IMG/VR virus record: IMGVR_UViG_3300049893_002106
Span: 6,625 to 70,624 of that record
Reading direction: 5' to 3' (one strand)
Source of the DNA: a virus
Length of the DNA: 64,000 nucleotides
A program made the translations under genes and the position numbers. Of the stretch, positions 9,711 through 20,547 are shown piece by piece (position 1 is the stretch's first letter; every line of letters starts with the position of its first letter). The notes under the pieces were generated by a model. That model made no database searches and was not told where the DNA came from. It worked only from the letters and a program-made list of their open reading frames with translations.

Positions 9711-12155
9711 TTACTCGTAAGGATCTATAGCCGGGTCTCTATATTTAAGGCTTGGGAAAAGTACATTAAATTCCAAGAAAACACCAACCGCAACTATAAG
9801 TTTTAGTAGTTCTTTCAACGTGTTGCGGGCATTCGCAGTGCCAGTAATATAAATAGGGAAATCCTTACCGTCACCACCTGGAGCAAAAGGGGCAAGCTTA
9901 TGTATATATTGGACTTGAGCATTTTCAAAGTGGCTCTTTTTAAATCTATATGCAGGATCTAAAATTATTTGAGAGTCGCCTGAATTATTATTAATAATTG
10001 ACTGGAAGAAGATCGGCCCCTCTTGCTTATCAGTTCCATAATCTACAATTAAATATCCGTTGGTTGGCCATCCATCTACGCTACTAACTACGAGAGATAT
10101 AGGGGAATCTCCCTTGAGTACGGGTTCAGTTGTCTTGGCGAGAGTTCCAGAGACGGTATATGGAGTGTACTCGCCAATAGGGTCATAGAGAAAGCTTCCT
10201 ACATAATTCTCATTAACTGATGGAGTATAAGACATAAAACAAGCAGACAGATCTCGCATCACAACAGCTTCATTGTGGGGAGAAGTTTTTTCCAAATAAT
10301 AATTGACTTGACCGCCAAAGTGAGCTGCGCGTCTGCCATTTACACCAGAAATAACGAGTCCACCAACTCCAACATCGAAACCAGTAAAAACATTAACAAT
10401 ATTCCCAGATATGCTCTTGACAATCATTTTTGCATACCTCAGTCTGTCCGGGAAATACGGTTCAATATCGGTGCCAGTCATATTGTCGAGCTTAACAACC
10501 GCCCCTACCGTTAACCCACTTGCTAACACTGCTGCCGGAGAGGGAAATTGAAAATAGAAATCACTTTCATCTACTTGCACCGTGCTATGGCGATAAACAT
10601 CAAAAGTGCCAGTAGAAACACCGGAAAACCTGACGGCCACCGGCCCATTAAATATCTTAAATATTATTTTATTTCTTGAAGGAACAGACTCTACGATGTG
10701 TTCCTGGTTCAATTGAAGCAAAGAAATATTGCCAGCTCCATTTGCTGCGGAAATATTAAAACCCCAAGTCGCGTTTAGGCCGTGACTGAAATTTGGAAAA
10801 TTTAAAGTTAAAAAATCATCATCGGGTTCGCCATATATAGTGTTGGTGCCAGTAGGGGCGATAGTAGTAAAAGGCAAAACCCCGTAATCAGGATTTGAAA
10901 TATCCAACAGATAAGATCTGACGATTCCCAAGTCAGAGTCTACAGAGGGGATTTGATTGCTAATTGAAAAATTGGGTCTAAGATTAGGATTACTAATTAC
11001 AATTAAATTTTGCTTATCTGGAGCAATCTCACCAAAGGAGGTATCGACAGTTATGCTGGATCTAGTAAAGTCCAACACAGGAAGCTCTGCGCCATGAATA
11101 TGGGAAGATCCAGATAGAAACCTTCTTGCCAGCGGGGGAATAGCCGGTATTGTTACCGTAGTAGTAACTGGGCCAGTCTCGGTTAAAAGGCCATACTCTT
11201 CCTGATCATAAAGACCCAACTTATCCTGAGAAGTAAATACAATCTGGTCTTCTTCCGCTAAAGAGATTGGAAGATTATCTGTAGATAATTTTCTATTCCT
11301 AACAATAAAATAATCATATCCTACATCTTCAACAATAAAAGATCCATTAAGCTCTCCTTCCGCACCTATAAATCCCTTAATAGTAACGACATCTCTAAGG
11401 GCTACTTTATAGAGAAGGGGATTGGTTCCTAGGCCATTCCACTTAAAAGTGGTCAAATCGGAGTATGGAGCTGGCTTTGTCACTAGCCACTGGGAGCCTA
11501 CTGCAATATTAGTAGGAACTATCTTGGGAAATTTAAGAGTATTCTGAAGAGATCCGCCAGACACTCTTATAAATGCGCCTGGGCCAAAAGTTTTAGGGCC
11601 GATGCGAAGATATTTCAAATTGGTCTTCAGGTCAGTAAATACCGACGCTACATAAACATCTTGTTGTGAATTAATCACACCTGCCAATTCTTGGGCACTT
11701 ACATTAGAAATATCTCCAACTTGAGTTTCAAGGATAGAGATTTCTACTGTAGCAGAATCGGTAGTGATAATTAAATTATCGCCACTTTCTATCGAATATG
11801 GCTCTTGAAAAGAGGCAGTTACAGAAGGCTTCAGCTTATCTGTAGTGTAAAAGATTTCCAATAACTTATTTAAAGTAATGCTTACTTGCTTGGGATAAGC
11901 GACCATAGCAGGAACAAGCAGTCGAAGCGCTCTAATATCAAGGCCGCTATTGGTCGGCATTGAAAAGCCTTCTTGTTCGCCCAGATATAGCAAATACTTA
12001 CCTGTGGCCGTAGCCAAGAAATTCTGATCAACGCCAGCCTCTATCATTTGCTCAAGGCGAGAAGAGCTATCCTCTACCGACTTCAATATAGCCGCTAAGG
12101 TAGTCTTTTCGCCTGTTACAAAATGCTGAGGTATAAACGGTCTAATATTTGCCAT
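9711..12155 (-). CDS. Baseplate wedge-type structural protein (814 aa)
   Basis: Directly downstream of baseplate J; N-terminal FLATATGKYL..LG and C-terminal LKLIVAVGV motifs resemble the gpI-like partners of J. Confidence 0.6.
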   Translation of the reverse strand: MANIRPFIPQHFVTGEKTTLAAILKSVEDSSSRLEQMIEAGVDQNFLATATGKYLLYLGEQEGFSMPTNSGLDIRALRLLVPAMVAYPKQVSITLNKLLEIFYTTDKLKPSVTASFQEPYSIESGDNLIITTDSATVEISILETQVGDISNVSAQELAGVINSQQDVYVASVFTDLKTNLKYLRIGPKTFGPGAFIRVSGGSLQNTLKFPKIVPTNIAVGSQWLVTKPAPYSDLTTFKWNGLGTNPLLYKVALRDVVTIKGFIGAEGELNGSFIVEDVGYDYFIVRNRKLSTDNLPISLAEEDQIVFTSQDKLGLYDQEEYGLLTETGPVTTTVTIPAIPPLARRFLSGSSHIHGAELPVLDFTRSSITVDTSFGEIAPDKQNLIVISNPNLRPNFSISNQIPSVDSDLGIVRSYLLDISNPDYGVLPFTTIAPTGTNTIYGEPDDDFLTLNFPNFSHGLNATWGFNISAANGAGNISLLQLNQEHIVESVPSRNKIIFKIFNGPVAVRFSGVSTGTFDVYRHSTVQVDESDFYFQFPSPAAVLASGLTVGAVVKLDNMTGTDIEPYFPDRLRYAKMIVKSISGNIVNVFTGFDVGVGGLVISGVNGRRAAHFGGQVNYYLEKTSPHNEAVVMRDLSACFMSYTPSVNENYVGSFLYDPIGEYTPYTVSGTLAKTTEPVLKGDSPISLVVSSVDGWPTNGYLIVDYGTDKQEGPIFFQSIINNNSGDSQIILDPAYRFKKSHFENAQVQYIHKLAPFAPGGDGKDFPIYITGTANARNTLKELLKLIVAVGVFLEFNVLFPSLKYRDPAIDPYE

Positions 12156-12158
12156 TGA

Positions 12159-15100
12159 TTAACCCACCGAAATATCGCGGTTAGCGTCTAACACAAAAGC
12201 CTTTTCAATATCAGAAACAGGTATCCGGTCGTCGAGAGCCTGAGGTAGAGACCCTACAATTTGCACAGAGAATACGCCAGGAAGCGATTGGACAATTTTA
12301 ATAATTTCAGACAACACTACTGCTCTTCCTACTCCAAGTCCATTGATATAGGAGGCTACAGAGGCCCTGATTACATCTCCAATAGAGTTAAGAGTTACAC
12401 CGTCTTTCGGTCTTACAACCAAAGAAATAGAGATAGCTTTAATTAGAGGAGGTAATATTTCAATTCTGGTTCCAGAAGCTCTTACGCCTGGATAGGTAAT
12501 ACTATCGACTGGCGACCCGTCAATAATCTTGTGAGACTCTTGAACCAGACCACCATAGACTTTATAGCCGTCGATGCCAGAGAATGTCCGCTGCTCATAT
12601 CCAACCTTATATTGAGCAGTGATTTTTGATCCAAAGATGTCAGTAATCTTATGTGTAGATTTCTGAGGAACCATGAACAATTCAGACTCTTCTGGATTTT
12701 GCGGGTTAGAAGATGAACCTGCGACGATTCTGAATCCTTCATATGGAGTTTTCTCGATAAACCCAATAGAGCCTACATTGCCCGCAAGCAAGAACGCATC
12801 TACATAATTATTCGTACTGTCGAGAATGCCACTAGGAGAATTAGGGATAGCAATATCTACAAATGGACTAATTAAAGAATTATCCAGTGTCCCGTCCGAC
12901 CCATTATATGGAAGAGTGGCAGATGTAAAATCGCGGCCAATAAGACCGATCCCAGTTATTTCCCATGAGCCGAGCATAGAAGAAGGGAACCATTGGCTGC
13001 TTGTCAATGGGGCAGAAATACGGAGACGGTCGCCAATTCTTACAGATTCGCCATCTAATACTCGAATAGGGCGAGCAGCCGTGATAGGGCCGATTCCCCA
13101 TTTGCGAGTTCCATTTCCACCGCCCTCATATGTAGTGGTGTCAATAATTTCGTCTGCGCCACCGGAAGGATTATGAACAATAATGTGATTTCTTCCGTTA
13201 TGAGCAAGCAGCTTAAAGGTTCCACGATTGGCAATATTAAAGCCTTCACCTAATACAACGTAATCGTCAGAACTTACGGACATATTAGACAAAACCATAT
13301 CATCGGTGGCTTCAGCGCTGGAGTTTTGCATCCAAATAGACAGCATGTTGCCGCCAAGCTTCTTAACTAGAATATTTGCATTGCCGGAATTAGATAGGGT
13401 TTCAAAATTAATGCCCTCCTCCCGGTTGGTTCTAATGTTCTTTTCATTCCAAATCGCTGGCATAAACACGAGGTCAGTTTCAGTGGCTAATAAGTATGAA
13501 CCAGGAGAGGTTATATTTGGAGCTATAACCACGACAGACTGAGCATCAATAACGTGAACTACCGGGTATCCCCAATATTCAGGATTCGCTGGGTCTGAAA
13601 TACCGTCCATATCGAGTGCTTTACATTGATAAGTGGAAGGAAAGAAAGATCCAACTTGAGGACGTATATACATCATGTCGCCAGTTCTTGCAGACAATAC
13701 TCCAGCAGCTACGGTGGCGGTTACTTGGACGAGTCCATTTCCTAGGGGAGTTAAATTAATATATTCCCCTGGATTTAAAAACTCACTTTGACCTGGGCCG
13801 ATTCCGTTTCGCAGGAAAATTAATCTTGCGGTATTTAAACCTGTCTTAATGTAGCGAATCGCTGTTGTATTTCTAAAATACGGAGAAATATCTTCGGTGT
13901 TTGCAGGGGTAACGCTGCTTCCAGTCGGAAGAGTACGATAAGCCCTTTGAATCTCTGAAGCTACTGAATTTTCAACCTTAATAAGGCTGCCTACAGGGAT
14001 AGATTTAGCGTCCGAAAACAATATTTTCGCCTTAGAAGCGTCTCCATCCAATACTGCATTACCAAGAACAAAAGACTCAACAGAATTAGCTGTAACTCCA
14101 GTTATTTTAACTGCGCCTAAAGCCCCATCTTGCTTGGAAGAAATTTGAACCTTATTCAATCCATCAATAATTTCAATATTAGACAATACAGAGGCAGAAG
14201 ATACAGCCGTAAAGTTTAACCACCTTTCCAGGGTAATGGAATTGGAAGGAACGATCACAACATCTTCATTAATCGGAGAATAAGTAGTGCCAGCGGCATC
14301 CGTCAGGTTAGGGAAAATACTATCGCTAGTCTGGACAAGAGCTTTAATATTATTAAGAGCCGGATTGAATGAATCATATTGGAAAATCCCGGCAGAGCCA
14401 GAGTGCTTACACTCAAAGGAGTGATAATCAAAGGCTTCCGTCATTTTTGAGCCTAAATACGGAGCAAATAGGTTTTCCGAAGAAATATAAGTAGGATTGC
14501 TAATATAGTAGGTATTAAGTCCAGTGCCTAAAGCCTCTGCTGTAGCCACGGGATTCTCTGGGCTATAGTCGTTAATGGCCGTAACAATTGCGCCTAAAGT
14601 AGTATTTGGCAGGCTAAAACTACGAAGCGGGTTTTCAGAGGCATCGTAGTTAACTGGGGTAACAAAGTCAATCCCCGGTGCCAATACCTCTACTAAGCCG
14701 GATGCAGCGTAGGTGATCTTGTACGAGCCTGCTAAAGCTCCAGAGCCGGATACGTTTAGAATGTTTCCAGCAACATATTGGCTACTTGGATTTAAACCGA
14801 CAGCAGAAAACCTTAATTTAGTCAAATTATTCGACTGGATAGATTCGACTGTGTAAAATCCAGCATCAAAGGTAGAGCCGGAAAGAGTTGAACTCGTGGG
14901 TAGATTTACAAGTAAAGTAGTCCGAGCAACACCGTCTCTGTAGGAGTTAATATGGCTTACTTTAACTTGAGAAACAGAAGGTTCGGTGCCATATCTAATT
15001 GACATGCGGAGCTTGGATTTTGCTCCGTAAGATACAGAGCGAAGCACTATGGCCTTGTCGCTATAAGCTATATCTGTTCCGCCAGCCATTCCAGAAGGGG

Positions 15101-18100
15101 AAAGAGTCTGGCCGTTGGATATTGACTGGGCAATAGAATTATTGCCTAGAGTTCCGGGATTATTGTTTACGAGATCAATAGCCATTCCCGCCCCAGAAGC
15201 AGCGGAAATATTCAAAGTAGCTCCAACTGAATTAATCGCAGACACCATAGCTGCTTTGATGGTGGAAGGAGAAGAAGTATCAACTCCACCTGCCATTCCA
15301 GATGGGGTCAGTGTGCTGGAATTAGAAATTGTCTCGGTAATTGTATTTCCAAAATTACCATACTCAGAATTTTCAAGGTCAATGACCATGCCCGCTCCAG
15401 GAGTAGCGGAAATATTAAGAGATGGAGCAGAATTAATCGCAGAGATAATTGCGGCTTTAATTGCGGCACTGTCTGGCCATTCTAAGCCCCCGGCCATATC
15501 TATCGGAGTAAGAGTAACTCCAACATTGGCAAAACTTTCAGCAATTGGGCCAGTATTCCCAACTAAACCATAGCTATCATTAGATAGCTGGATAAGATCT
15601 CCAGAGCCAGAAGCAGCGGAAATATTGAGGGATGGAGCTGAATTAATAGCGGAGATAATAAGCGCCTTAATTACAGAAGCGGTTTCCACAGAAGAAATCG
15701 CTACGGGGTAGTTCCCTGGAGTTACTGTAGAGTCTGTATCAAATTCAAATACAGTGGGAGGATTAATTCCATCATCTAAAGTAAAAGTATCTCCGTCTGC
15801 TATTCCGGTTGAAGGATCAGCAGCAACAGCCGTGAGGGAACCAACAGCTTTTAATCCAGCGACAAAAGACACTGGGACATTAGAGCCAAGAACAAAAGAA
15901 TCACTGTCAAACTCAAAAGTGGTTGGCAGGTTAATGCCGTCATTTAAGGTAAAAGTATTTCCTTCTTCGATGGACACACCAGGAACAGCGGAAATTGCTG
16001 TGAGGGAGCCAGTTTCCTTAACCGCCAAAGGGAAAGAAACTGGTATATTGCCAGAAACTACAGAAGAATTATCGTCGAACTCAAATACAGTGGGAGGATT
16101 AATTCCATCATCTAAAGTAAAAGTATCTCCATCTTCAATTGACACCCCAGGAATGGCAGAGATTGCCGTCAATGATCCGCGAGCAGAAACATTAGCTCCT
16201 GTAGAGTCTTTATATATACCAATGCTTTTAGCCAGAAGCTTAAAGTCATTGAAGTTAAAATTACGATATACCGAAGTAGGATCAAAGAATGGTCTAGGGA
16301 GATTAGAGTTGCTTGGATCTAAGTCTTCGGGGTCTTTAAGCCTAAAGCTAACTACTTGCCCTTGTCCGTCGCCAGTAATGGCATCTATGTCTTGAATCTG
16401 CGCCTTCTTATACATAGGAACAGCAACGGTCTTATCTACTTGATTTTGATCAAGCTCCACAACAAGCTTATCGAACTCGGTCAATGGAATATCGTTAAGG
16501 CGCAAGCTAATATTTGAATATTGATTCAAAGTATTTGGAGAGGTTTGAGTGGAACCAGAAGACTGGAGAGGCTTGATAGCATCTTCACTTCTCATGAATC
16601 CCGCATATGGGAAGGTAGAGGAATTATTATAAACTCGACCAGTTAGACCATATTGCTTACCAGTAATCCAGGTGTTTTGAAACCCTACTGGATAGTTAAC
16701 GGAAAATGAAGACGCTTCAATTGTAGGATTAGATCCCGTGCCAGTAATCTCTGTTAGATCTTTATCTACAATTAAATACGACCTAGTTGCAAAACCTTCT
16801 TCTGGCTCAGAACCCACAACCAACCCTGTCACTACAGGAAAACCGCCCTGAACATAGTTAGAGGAAGAAAATCCCACATGAGGCTGAATACTAGAGGAGA
16901 CCGCTTTCTGGAATACGGATTCTCCATTGCCAATAATGGCCAAAACAGCCGAAGTGCCGCCAGCAAAAGAATTGGAGCGGATTACTAGAGAAGTTGGGTC
17001 TAGCTTAGAAGCAGTGCCTCCCTTGATTTGAGAATTAACAATAGAGACAATATCATCTACTGTCACAGAAGACACGCTGCCAAAATCCACGACTTGAGGG
17101 ATAGAGGTGCTTTTAAATAAAGAAACCATCCATTGAGCAATAGACTGAGGGGCAAGCAATAAAGAAGACCAGTCTACTAATTGCTGATCAGACACTTCAA
17201 ATTCAATCCAAGCGTCTGGATGGTAAGTAATTGTATCTACATTCCCGGTAGAGTCGAAGGTAGCTGGAGAAGCCATCGTATAAGTGTAATTATCATTATC
17301 TATTACAGTGATAGTAGCAAAAGACGCGGCTACACTAACTCCACCTATAGTCCCAATGTCTGCCACAGAAATTTGTGCGCCAGTTTTAAAGCCATGGCCA
17401 ACTTGATTAACCGTAACCACCGAAGAGCCATTCTCGACCGAAACATCTACAGAACTATACGCCTGTGCCGTTGCAGCCCCATTGACTCCTACCCTCTTAA
17501 GGAGATAAAGACCTTCAATATTATTTCCCCAAGAAGGAGAAACAACTGAGTCTTTTACGATATAAATATAGTCACCAGTAGCAGCTCCCCTAAAAAGAAC
17601 CGTATCGTTAGATGTCAGGCGAATAATATTCGATGCGCCAACCGGGTCGGGCTGAGAAGGAGTAAAAGCTGCCGTTGAAGAAATAACATTATCTCTTACG
17701 GCAAATTCTCCATCAAAAGATACTACTATTTTAGAGTTGCCAATTCCAGGGACGATTGGGGATAAAGTAAATTGTCCGCTAGGGGTTTTTAGAGACCTAA
17801 CTGCTGCTCGCGTTGAGCGGGAGCCAATCTCAATTGTATCGCCCGCATCTGGCTTATTAATAAGACGAATCTGGCCGCTAAATCTATTGAGTTCATAGTC
17901 CTGAGTAGATCCAACGTCTTTCAATATTCCGCCAGACTCTTCGGATTCCCATATCTTAGAGGCACCAATCCAGGTGGCTTGAGCGCCACTTGCTTTTTCT
18001 TTTAATATTTCAAGCGATCCCTTTTCAGAAAATTGCTGAAAAGTTTTCCATACAATAATATTACCAACTACCGTAAATTGAACACCGGCAATTTTCTTAG

Positions 18101-19745
18101 AAAACACCTCTGCCCATTGAGTGAGTGAGGCCGAAGCCACAGTTGTTGCATATTCTGCAAAATCTGAATCAGTAATAGAAAATTCCTGAATAATCCCGTC
18201 TACAGCGACTCTTACATTCGACAGATCAGAAGGAATTAATGACCATGGATATGGGGAGGTCGAAAGAGTAGCGCTACGTCCACGGAAAGAAAGAATCTTT
18301 GAATTTTTATAAAGATAAATTGACCTAATATCAATATCGGAAACTAAACCGAGAATCTTTTGAAGATCGGACGCTTCCACTCGAATAGTTTCAGCTTCAC
18401 CAGAAAGGTCGAAAGCCACTACTCGATTGCCACCATCTGCCGTCCTCCATCCAATAAGACTGGATTGACTATTAAAGTCCCGTACTATCTCAAAAGCAGA
18501 AGCAGAATTGACACTAATATAATTTCTTGCAGTTACAGTATAAGTCTCTGCAACACCATCAACTACCACGGTAAGGCTCTGGCCGCCCTGAATTGAAAAC
18601 GGGCCAAATTCCGCGCCAATAGCTACTGGTGCAGTAATAGGGAATTGAGCAGATCTAAATTGAGTCTCTTGACCAGAGGCAGACTTCAGAAGAAGTTCAT
18701 ATGGTTGAGAATTGAATGTCGGCTCCAAACCAGTGCTATCGTCGATATATACCTTGCTTGAGTCCCCTGGGGTCACTGGCTCAATGATACTAGCAGAAGT
18801 AATCGTGCGACCAGTTCCGGGGTCTCTTGCTCCTTGCAAAGCAGCAAGAATGGCGCTCTTAGTTCCACGAGATAAAGTAGAAGGATAATTTTTAATCCTC
18901 CTTCTTAGGTCTTCGTCTGATTCAGTAGATCTGCCATTAATAAACGAGGTTGGGTTAGTAACAGTTGCTCCGGTAAATGGAGAGCTACTGAATTGCTTAA
19001 TAGCGCCAGCCAGTGCGTTACCTGATTCTCCAAAAACGGAACAAGCTACCGATACGGTGCCTTCGGATTCGCCATCTTCGATTGTTAAAGCAAAGCTAGT
19101 CGTAAATGTAATAGCCGGAGAATTTGAACTAGCAGGAACAATTACGGCTGTTCCTGCTGGAATTAAGCGATCACCGCCTTGAGCCATAACTACCAAATCA
19201 CTGTGAGGATGCGATTTAGTTAGAGGAGAAGCAAGTTCTACCGTCCAGAAGGAGCCGCTATTAGTTACAGAAAGATAGTCGATTGGGCCTTCAAATCGGT
19301 CAGGGGTTCCACGACCGATATAAATTTTGCCAGTAGGATTAAATCCCGATGCGTTTTCCAAATAAAGCCGCTTAGAGCCTTGGAAAGGAGCTGGCTTACC
19401 AGCATATGGCTTTGAGGATACTTTAGAAAAGCCAGAGCCAATTCTTACGGTTCCAGAAGCGGGGGAGGCCGGAATACGGCCAGAGCCACCTATGGTATTT
19501 GGCAGGCCGATAGACTGGGCTTTCTTATCAAGAGAAACACCGATTAGCGATTCAATATTGCTGCTCTCAAGAATCTTAAGAACACTCATCTGGATTTGAA
19601 ATTCCAGGGAAGCGATTGCTTCGATAAGAGTAGCAAGCGATGACCCTGGGGCAATATCTGTGAGATCTGAGTTTACTAGGATTGTTCGGAAAAGATCCCC
19701 GGCTATCTGCTCTCTACTTTTTAATTCTAATGGATTCGACATCAT
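12159..19745 (-). CDS. Giant baseplate J/gp47-like wedge protein (2528 aa)
   Basis: N-terminus TDIAPGSSLATLIEA...GESGN...NGRSTESDEDLRRRI...SRGT and C-terminus YPGVRASG...YINGLGVG..VVLSEII are baseplate-J hallmarks, separated by ~2000 aa of inserted domains. Confidence 0.85.
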   Translation of the reverse strand: MMSNPLELKSREQIAGDLFRTILVNSDLTDIAPGSSLATLIEAIASLEFQIQMSVLKILESSNIESLIGVSLDKKAQSIGLPNTIGGSGRIPASPASGTVRIGSGFSKVSSKPYAGKPAPFQGSKRLYLENASGFNPTGKIYIGRGTPDRFEGPIDYLSVTNSGSFWTVELASPLTKSHPHSDLVVMAQGGDRLIPAGTAVIVPASSNSPAITFTTSFALTIEDGESEGTVSVACSVFGESGNALAGAIKQFSSSPFTGATVTNPTSFINGRSTESDEDLRRRIKNYPSTLSRGTKSAILAALQGARDPGTGRTITSASIIEPVTPGDSSKVYIDDSTGLEPTFNSQPYELLLKSASGQETQFRSAQFPITAPVAIGAEFGPFSIQGGQSLTVVVDGVAETYTVTARNYISVNSASAFEIVRDFNSQSSLIGWRTADGGNRVVAFDLSGEAETIRVEASDLQKILGLVSDIDIRSIYLYKNSKILSFRGRSATLSTSPYPWSLIPSDLSNVRVAVDGIIQEFSITDSDFAEYATTVASASLTQWAEVFSKKIAGVQFTVVGNIIVWKTFQQFSEKGSLEILKEKASGAQATWIGASKIWESEESGGILKDVGSTQDYELNRFSGQIRLINKPDAGDTIEIGSRSTRAAVRSLKTPSGQFTLSPIVPGIGNSKIVVSFDGEFAVRDNVISSTAAFTPSQPDPVGASNIIRLTSNDTVLFRGAATGDYIYIVKDSVVSPSWGNNIEGLYLLKRVGVNGAATAQAYSSVDVSVENGSSVVTVNQVGHGFKTGAQISVADIGTIGGVSVAASFATITVIDNDNYTYTMASPATFDSTGNVDTITYHPDAWIEFEVSDQQLVDWSSLLLAPQSIAQWMVSLFKSTSIPQVVDFGSVSSVTVDDIVSIVNSQIKGGTASKLDPTSLVIRSNSFAGGTSAVLAIIGNGESVFQKAVSSSIQPHVGFSSSNYVQGGFPVVTGLVVGSEPEEGFATRSYLIVDKDLTEITGTGSNPTIEASSFSVNYPVGFQNTWITGKQYGLTGRVYNNSSTFPYAGFMRSEDAIKPLQSSGSTQTSPNTLNQYSNISLRLNDIPLTEFDKLVVELDQNQVDKTVAVPMYKKAQIQDIDAITGDGQGQVVSFRLKDPEDLDPSNSNLPRPFFDPTSVYRNFNFNDFKLLAKSIGIYKDSTGANVSARGSLTAISAIPGVSIEDGDTFTLDDGINPPTVFEFDDNSSVVSGNIPVSFPLAVKETGSLTAISAVPGVSIEEGNTFTLNDGINLPTTFEFDSDSFVLGSNVPVSFVAGLKAVGSLTAVAADPSTGIADGDTFTLDDGINPPTVFEFDTDSTVTPGNYPVAISSVETASVIKALIISAINSAPSLNISAASGSGDLIQLSNDSYGLVGNTGPIAESFANVGVTLTPIDMAGGLEWPDSAAIKAAIISAINSAPSLNISATPGAGMVIDLENSEYGNFGNTITETISNSSTLTPSGMAGGVDTSSPSTIKAAMVSAINSVGATLNISAASGAGMAIDLVNNNPGTLGNNSIAQSISNGQTLSPSGMAGGTDIAYSDKAIVLRSVSYGAKSKLRMSIRYGTEPSVSQVKVSHINSYRDGVARTTLLVNLPTSSTLSGSTFDAGFYTVESIQSNNLTKLRFSAVGLNPSSQYVAGNILNVSGSGALAGSYKITYAASGLVEVLAPGIDFVTPVNYDASENPLRSFSLPNTTLGAIVTAINDYSPENPVATAEALGTGLNTYYISNPTYISSENLFAPYLGSKMTEAFDYHSFECKHSGSAGIFQYDSFNPALNNIKALVQTSDSIFPNLTDAAGTTYSPINEDVVIVPSNSITLERWLNFTAVSSASVLSNIEIIDGLNKVQISSKQDGALGAVKITGVTANSVESFVLGNAVLDGDASKAKILFSDAKSIPVGSLIKVENSVASEIQRAYRTLPTGSSVTPANTEDISPYFRNTTAIRYIKTGLNTARLIFLRNGIGPGQSEFLNPGEYINLTPLGNGLVQVTATVAAGVLSARTGDMMYIRPQVGSFFPSTYQCKALDMDGISDPANPEYWGYPVVHVIDAQSVVVIAPNITSPGSYLLATETDLVFMPAIWNEKNIRTNREEGINFETLSNSGNANILVKKLGGNMLSIWMQNSSAEATDDMVLSNMSVSSDDYVVLGEGFNIANRGTFKLLAHNGRNHIIVHNPSGGADEIIDTTTYEGGGNGTRKWGIGPITAARPIRVLDGESVRIGDRLRISAPLTSSQWFPSSMLGSWEITGIGLIGRDFTSATLPYNGSDGTLDNSLISPFVDIAIPNSPSGILDSTNNYVDAFLLAGNVGSIGFIEKTPYEGFRIVAGSSSNPQNPEESELFMVPQKSTHKITDIFGSKITAQYKVGYEQRTFSGIDGYKVYGGLVQESHKIIDGSPVDSITYPGVRASGTRIEILPPLIKAISISLVVRPKDGVTLNSIGDVIRASVASYINGLGVGRAVVLSEIIKIVQSLPGVFSVQIVGSLPQALDDRIPVSDIEKAFVLDANRDISVG
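15075..16190 (-). repeat. Nested triple repeat (A1-A2-A3-B3-B2-B1) inside the baseplate J protein
   Basis: 3x GSLTA..DGDTFTLDDGINPPTVFEFD followed by 3x IKAAIISAINS..LNISA..GN..L(T/S)P.(G/D)MAGG; DNA identity visible between ~15742-15795 and ~16078-16130. Confidence 0.9.
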
Positions 19746-19846
19746 TTCCTCTTCGGAGGTGTAAACATCAGTATTTTATCATTTTTACGGAAAACACAAG
19801 GGACACATCTATACCACAAATGATATTCTATTATATAGGGAGCATT

Positions 19847-20107
19847 ATGACAAGTTTAAAGCCTCTATTATTAAAATTCATTCAATCTCAAGTAGACTTA
19901 GAGGATGCTGAAGCCCTGTATAATCACTTGCCTACCCTGAGCCATAAATTAAAAATGGTTGCCGCATTTGATAAGTATCAAAGATTATTAGAAGATTTGT
20001 CTGATTTTTCGGAAGACCCTAATTTCACTGAACTTATTAGGGCCGGAGCCAATCTCCATAGAGCTATAGAACAATATGAAATTAATATTCACGAAAATAA
20101 TTCTTGA
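19847..20107 (+). CDS. Hypothetical protein (86 aa), opposite-strand insert
   Basis: Likely start is ATG 19847 after GGGAG; the track ORF 19682..20107 is overextended. Confidence 0.6.
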   Translation: MTSLKPLLLKFIQSQVDLEDAEALYNHLPTLSHKLKMVAAFDKYQRLLEDLSDFSEDPNFTELIRAGANLHRAIEQYEINIHENNS

Positions 20108-20132
20108 AATATTTATTTTAAAAATATATCTT
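20104..20132 (+). promoter_or_regulatory. Sigma-70-like promoter for the 20167 lipoprotein gene
   Basis: TTGAAA-17 nt-TATCTT. Confidence 0.5.
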
Positions 20133-20166
20133 TTCTTAAGGTTCTTCTATAAAGAAAGGGAACATT

Positions 20167-20547
20167 ATGAAAATTATTATTTTAATCTCGACGCTACTAA
20201 CTAGCTGCGTAACGGCTAACCTGAGATATGATAAGAAATTTTTGCCTGGAGAGTGTCTTACATATAAGAACCCAGAAAACGCATTCCAAGAAAAAGCAGT
20301 CAAAGAAGGGGCTTATTTCTTTATAGTCGGAGTTACGAAAAGGGAATACGTCGGCTATTCCTGCGTTGCCAGTAAGAACAGGTGTATTGCCGTACTTCTG
20401 TCGGTGGAAGCGAAAAGTGCTGAGCAAAATACAAAGACAGTAGAGTGTCCGCCTCCAGAGACCATTGAGCTTGTGAAGCCTCAAGATGTCAAGCCAGACT
20501 CTATGGTGCAAAGCTCAGCGGAATCGGAGAGTCAGAGCCTTCTATAA
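20167..20547 (+). CDS. Putative lipoprotein (126 aa)
   Basis: MKIIILISTLLTSC signal peptide with lipobox; AAGGGA RBS; overlaps the 3' end of the convergent wedge gene. Confidence 0.65.
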   Translation: MKIIILISTLLTSCVTANLRYDKKFLPGECLTYKNPENAFQEKAVKEGAYFFIVGVTKREYVGYSCVASKNRCIAVLLSVEAKSAEQNTKTVECPPPETIELVKPQDVKPDSMVQSSAESESQSLL

